Positions 30,867 to 33,047 of a DNA stretch of 33,047 bases are shown here, piece by piece. The stretch's first letter is position 1. Each line of letters begins with the position of its first letter. The DNA comes from Selaginella moellendorffii. Taxonomy: Eukaryota; Plantae; Lycopodiophyta. Location: assembly GCF_000143415.4 (NCBI RefSeq), contig NW_003314488.1, positions 1-33,047 of the forward strand, in the 5' to 3' direction. A model generated the notes under the pieces. That model had not been told where the DNA came from and made no database searches. It saw only the letters and a list, made by a program, of their open reading frames with translations. The position numbers were made by a program, and so were the translations under genes.

Positions 30867-33047
30867 ACCTGGTGTCTCGGTTGGAGACGATTTCGCTTGG
30901 AACGCCATGGAACCTCACCACCTCCCTCCAGAAGATCTCTACCACCTTCTTTGAAGCTGAGGACGAGAGCTGGCGCTGATGGAGAAGGTAAATGCTTGAG
31001 AAGACCAGGTGTTGCGACTATCTCTGGACACTCCCTGATCCAAGTGCGTATCTCACACTCCATTCCTTTCCACACGACCCCCGGATGCCCCGCGAGAATG
31101 CCTTGGTGAAGATGATCTTGCGGAACTCGAGTAGAATCCTTCCTTTCTTCTAGAGCAAGCCGTCATGGAAGGAAATCTTCGCGTCGTTGAAGTTGTTGTC
31201 TCCTTCGAGTGGTCATCGTTGGATTAGCCCTCTATGATTTCTGGTGTGACAACTGACCTCCGGCTTTTCAAACATCCTTGAGAGCGCATCAGGGACGACG
31301 TTTGTTTTCCCTGGCTTATACTCAATCGTGAAATCGATTGATTGAAGCTGCCTCTGCTTTTTGTTAAGGCGAGGCTGCTCGAGAAGAAATTTCATACTGA
31401 AGTGATCCGTGCGACCTCGCAGTGCCTCCACTTTGTCAATCATACGCCGGCTGGCGAGACTCCACTTCCAAGAATCTTTTGCTCTCGAACTTCAAGATCG
31501 CTCCCACTCCTGCATCCGAGGCATCGTCTCCACGATGAACTGCTTCTCAAAGTCTGGAAGTTGAAGAATCGGAGCCGAAAAGTTCGAACGTTGACTGTGC
31601 GTTCTCGTCCCACGAAAACCTGCCTACACGAATGATGTCCGTCAGAGGCGACGCAACGGAAGCATAGTGCTCCACAGACTTCCAGAGGTAGTTACAGAGC
31701 CTGAGAAAAGCATGGAGCTACTTCATGCTGGTGAGAGACCTCTCGTCGCCTCCATTTTTGTTGGATCGGCTCACATTTGGCCCGCTCGTATCTGGAAGCC
31801 TAAGTACTTTGCTTCTTGCTTGGCAAAGCAGCATGTTGAGAGTTTGACGATCAGCGCATGATCCTCTAGCACTTGCAAAACCTCGTCGATGTGTATAAGG
31901 TGTTCTTCCCAGGATCGACTGTAGACGAGGATGTCGTCGAAAAATACAATGACCGATCTTGTTCATGAGAGACTGAAAGGTGGCCAGGATGGTGAGCCCT
32001 CACCTTAAACTGGTAAAACCCCTCTCTGAGTCTGAAATGCTGTCTTCATCCTGTCCTTCTCTGCCATGGATATTTGATAATATGCAGATCGCAAATCTAG
32101 CTCGGAGAAATAGCTGCTTCACCGAGTCCATCAATTAAGTTGGGATGGAGAGTGACGTTGTTGAGCTGTCTGTAATCAACGCCCAGTCTCCACGAGCCGT
32201 CACGTTTTAGCACCAAGATTATTGGTGCCGTGTAAGGACTGAAACTGTCCTCTTTAAGAGGTTGTCCATGAGCTCCTTGATCATCTTATCCACCTCGCTC
32301 TACATGGCTCAGCTGAATGAAAGTCGTGACGATCCCTTTCTCGAGTTGGATCTTGTGCGTGATTGCTTCATGAGCACAAACTCGGTTGAGGAAGACCCAC
32401 TTCCTTGCCACCTCACGAATGGCTTCCGTGGTGTACTGCTTCTTCCAACGACCTGGTTCTCTCTGGTTCCCGTGACTGGAGAAGTCGGAACTTGGTACAT
32501 GGTTGGACCTTGCAGCTAGGCCTGAGAAAGCTGAAGATGTCGTTTCGAAAGGATCTCTTCTGGTTCCCATCCATTGGAAGAAGAATCCCTGTTTCTGAAT
32601 CATACGCCATGGGACATCCTCCTCTCGCGATCAACCCCCGGCATTGTCCAGCGGTTGCCCGTGTCTTCTTTCCAATGTCCACTCCCCCCTCCAGACGATC
32701 TTCCTCCCCTGGTGATTGAAGGAGAGACGATGGTCATCAAAGTTGACGAGAATGTCCCCAAAGAGGCGAAGTGTTTCGATGCCCAGGATGAAGAACTCTC
32801 CTTTCACTTGGTGACCACCAATGAGCATCGAGAATGAGACCCGGGCAGACGCCTCGATGACTCCCTTGTCCGCTATCGACACCTCTAGAGGAGTCTTCTG
32901 TGGACGCGCTGCGAGCTGCAGCTTAGATAGAGAATGTTGGTTGACGGTGTCACTCCCGAGTCAATTAATGCGAATGCTTCCTGCTAATCGTTCCTTTGAC
33001 TCGGAAACAAGTACCCGCAGCTTTTCCCATAAAGGCCGGATAGGAGA
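30867..33047 (-). mobile_element. Degenerate Gypsy pol remnant, inverted copy of 746-2810, continuing past the window end
   Basis: Near-identical reverse-complement sequence with the same junk ORFs (MIDKVEALRGRTDHFSMKF..., MNKIGHCIFRR..., [12 protein letters not shown]...). Confidence 0.95.

Noticed and set aside
1-33047. tRNA or rRNA genes
   Set aside because: None recognised. The only tRNA-related sequences are the two 12 nt primer binding sites.

Overview
Eukaryotic, plant-type repeat-rich DNA. The 55-65 nt GT-AG introns and PLS/DYW-class PPR relics suggest a lycophyte such as Selaginella, which is an inference. The main structure is a 20.7 kb TIR DNA transposon at 6211-26913. It has TATGG...CCATA ends, 26 bp perfect / ~54 bp imperfect TIRs and an AATAT target-site duplication. 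It carries three intron-containing genes: an IS3/IS481-like (IS3EU-type) DDE transposase, a long protein ending in a HECT E3 ubiquitin-ligase domain, and a small protein with a stand-alone RNase H1 hybrid-binding (Cauli_VI) domain. The HECT gene is interrupted by two nested LTR retrotransposons: a decayed Gypsy-type element (10087-17428, 1.6 kb LTRs with a tandem array) and a young Copia (18040-22579, identical 150 bp LTRs). Outside the transposon are two decayed PPR paralogs (one with a truncated DYW domain and a micro-inversion), probable MtN21/UMAMIT gene relics, and two inverted copies of the same decayed Gypsy pol at the window ends. All calls come from manual reading and motif recognition; no database searches were run.
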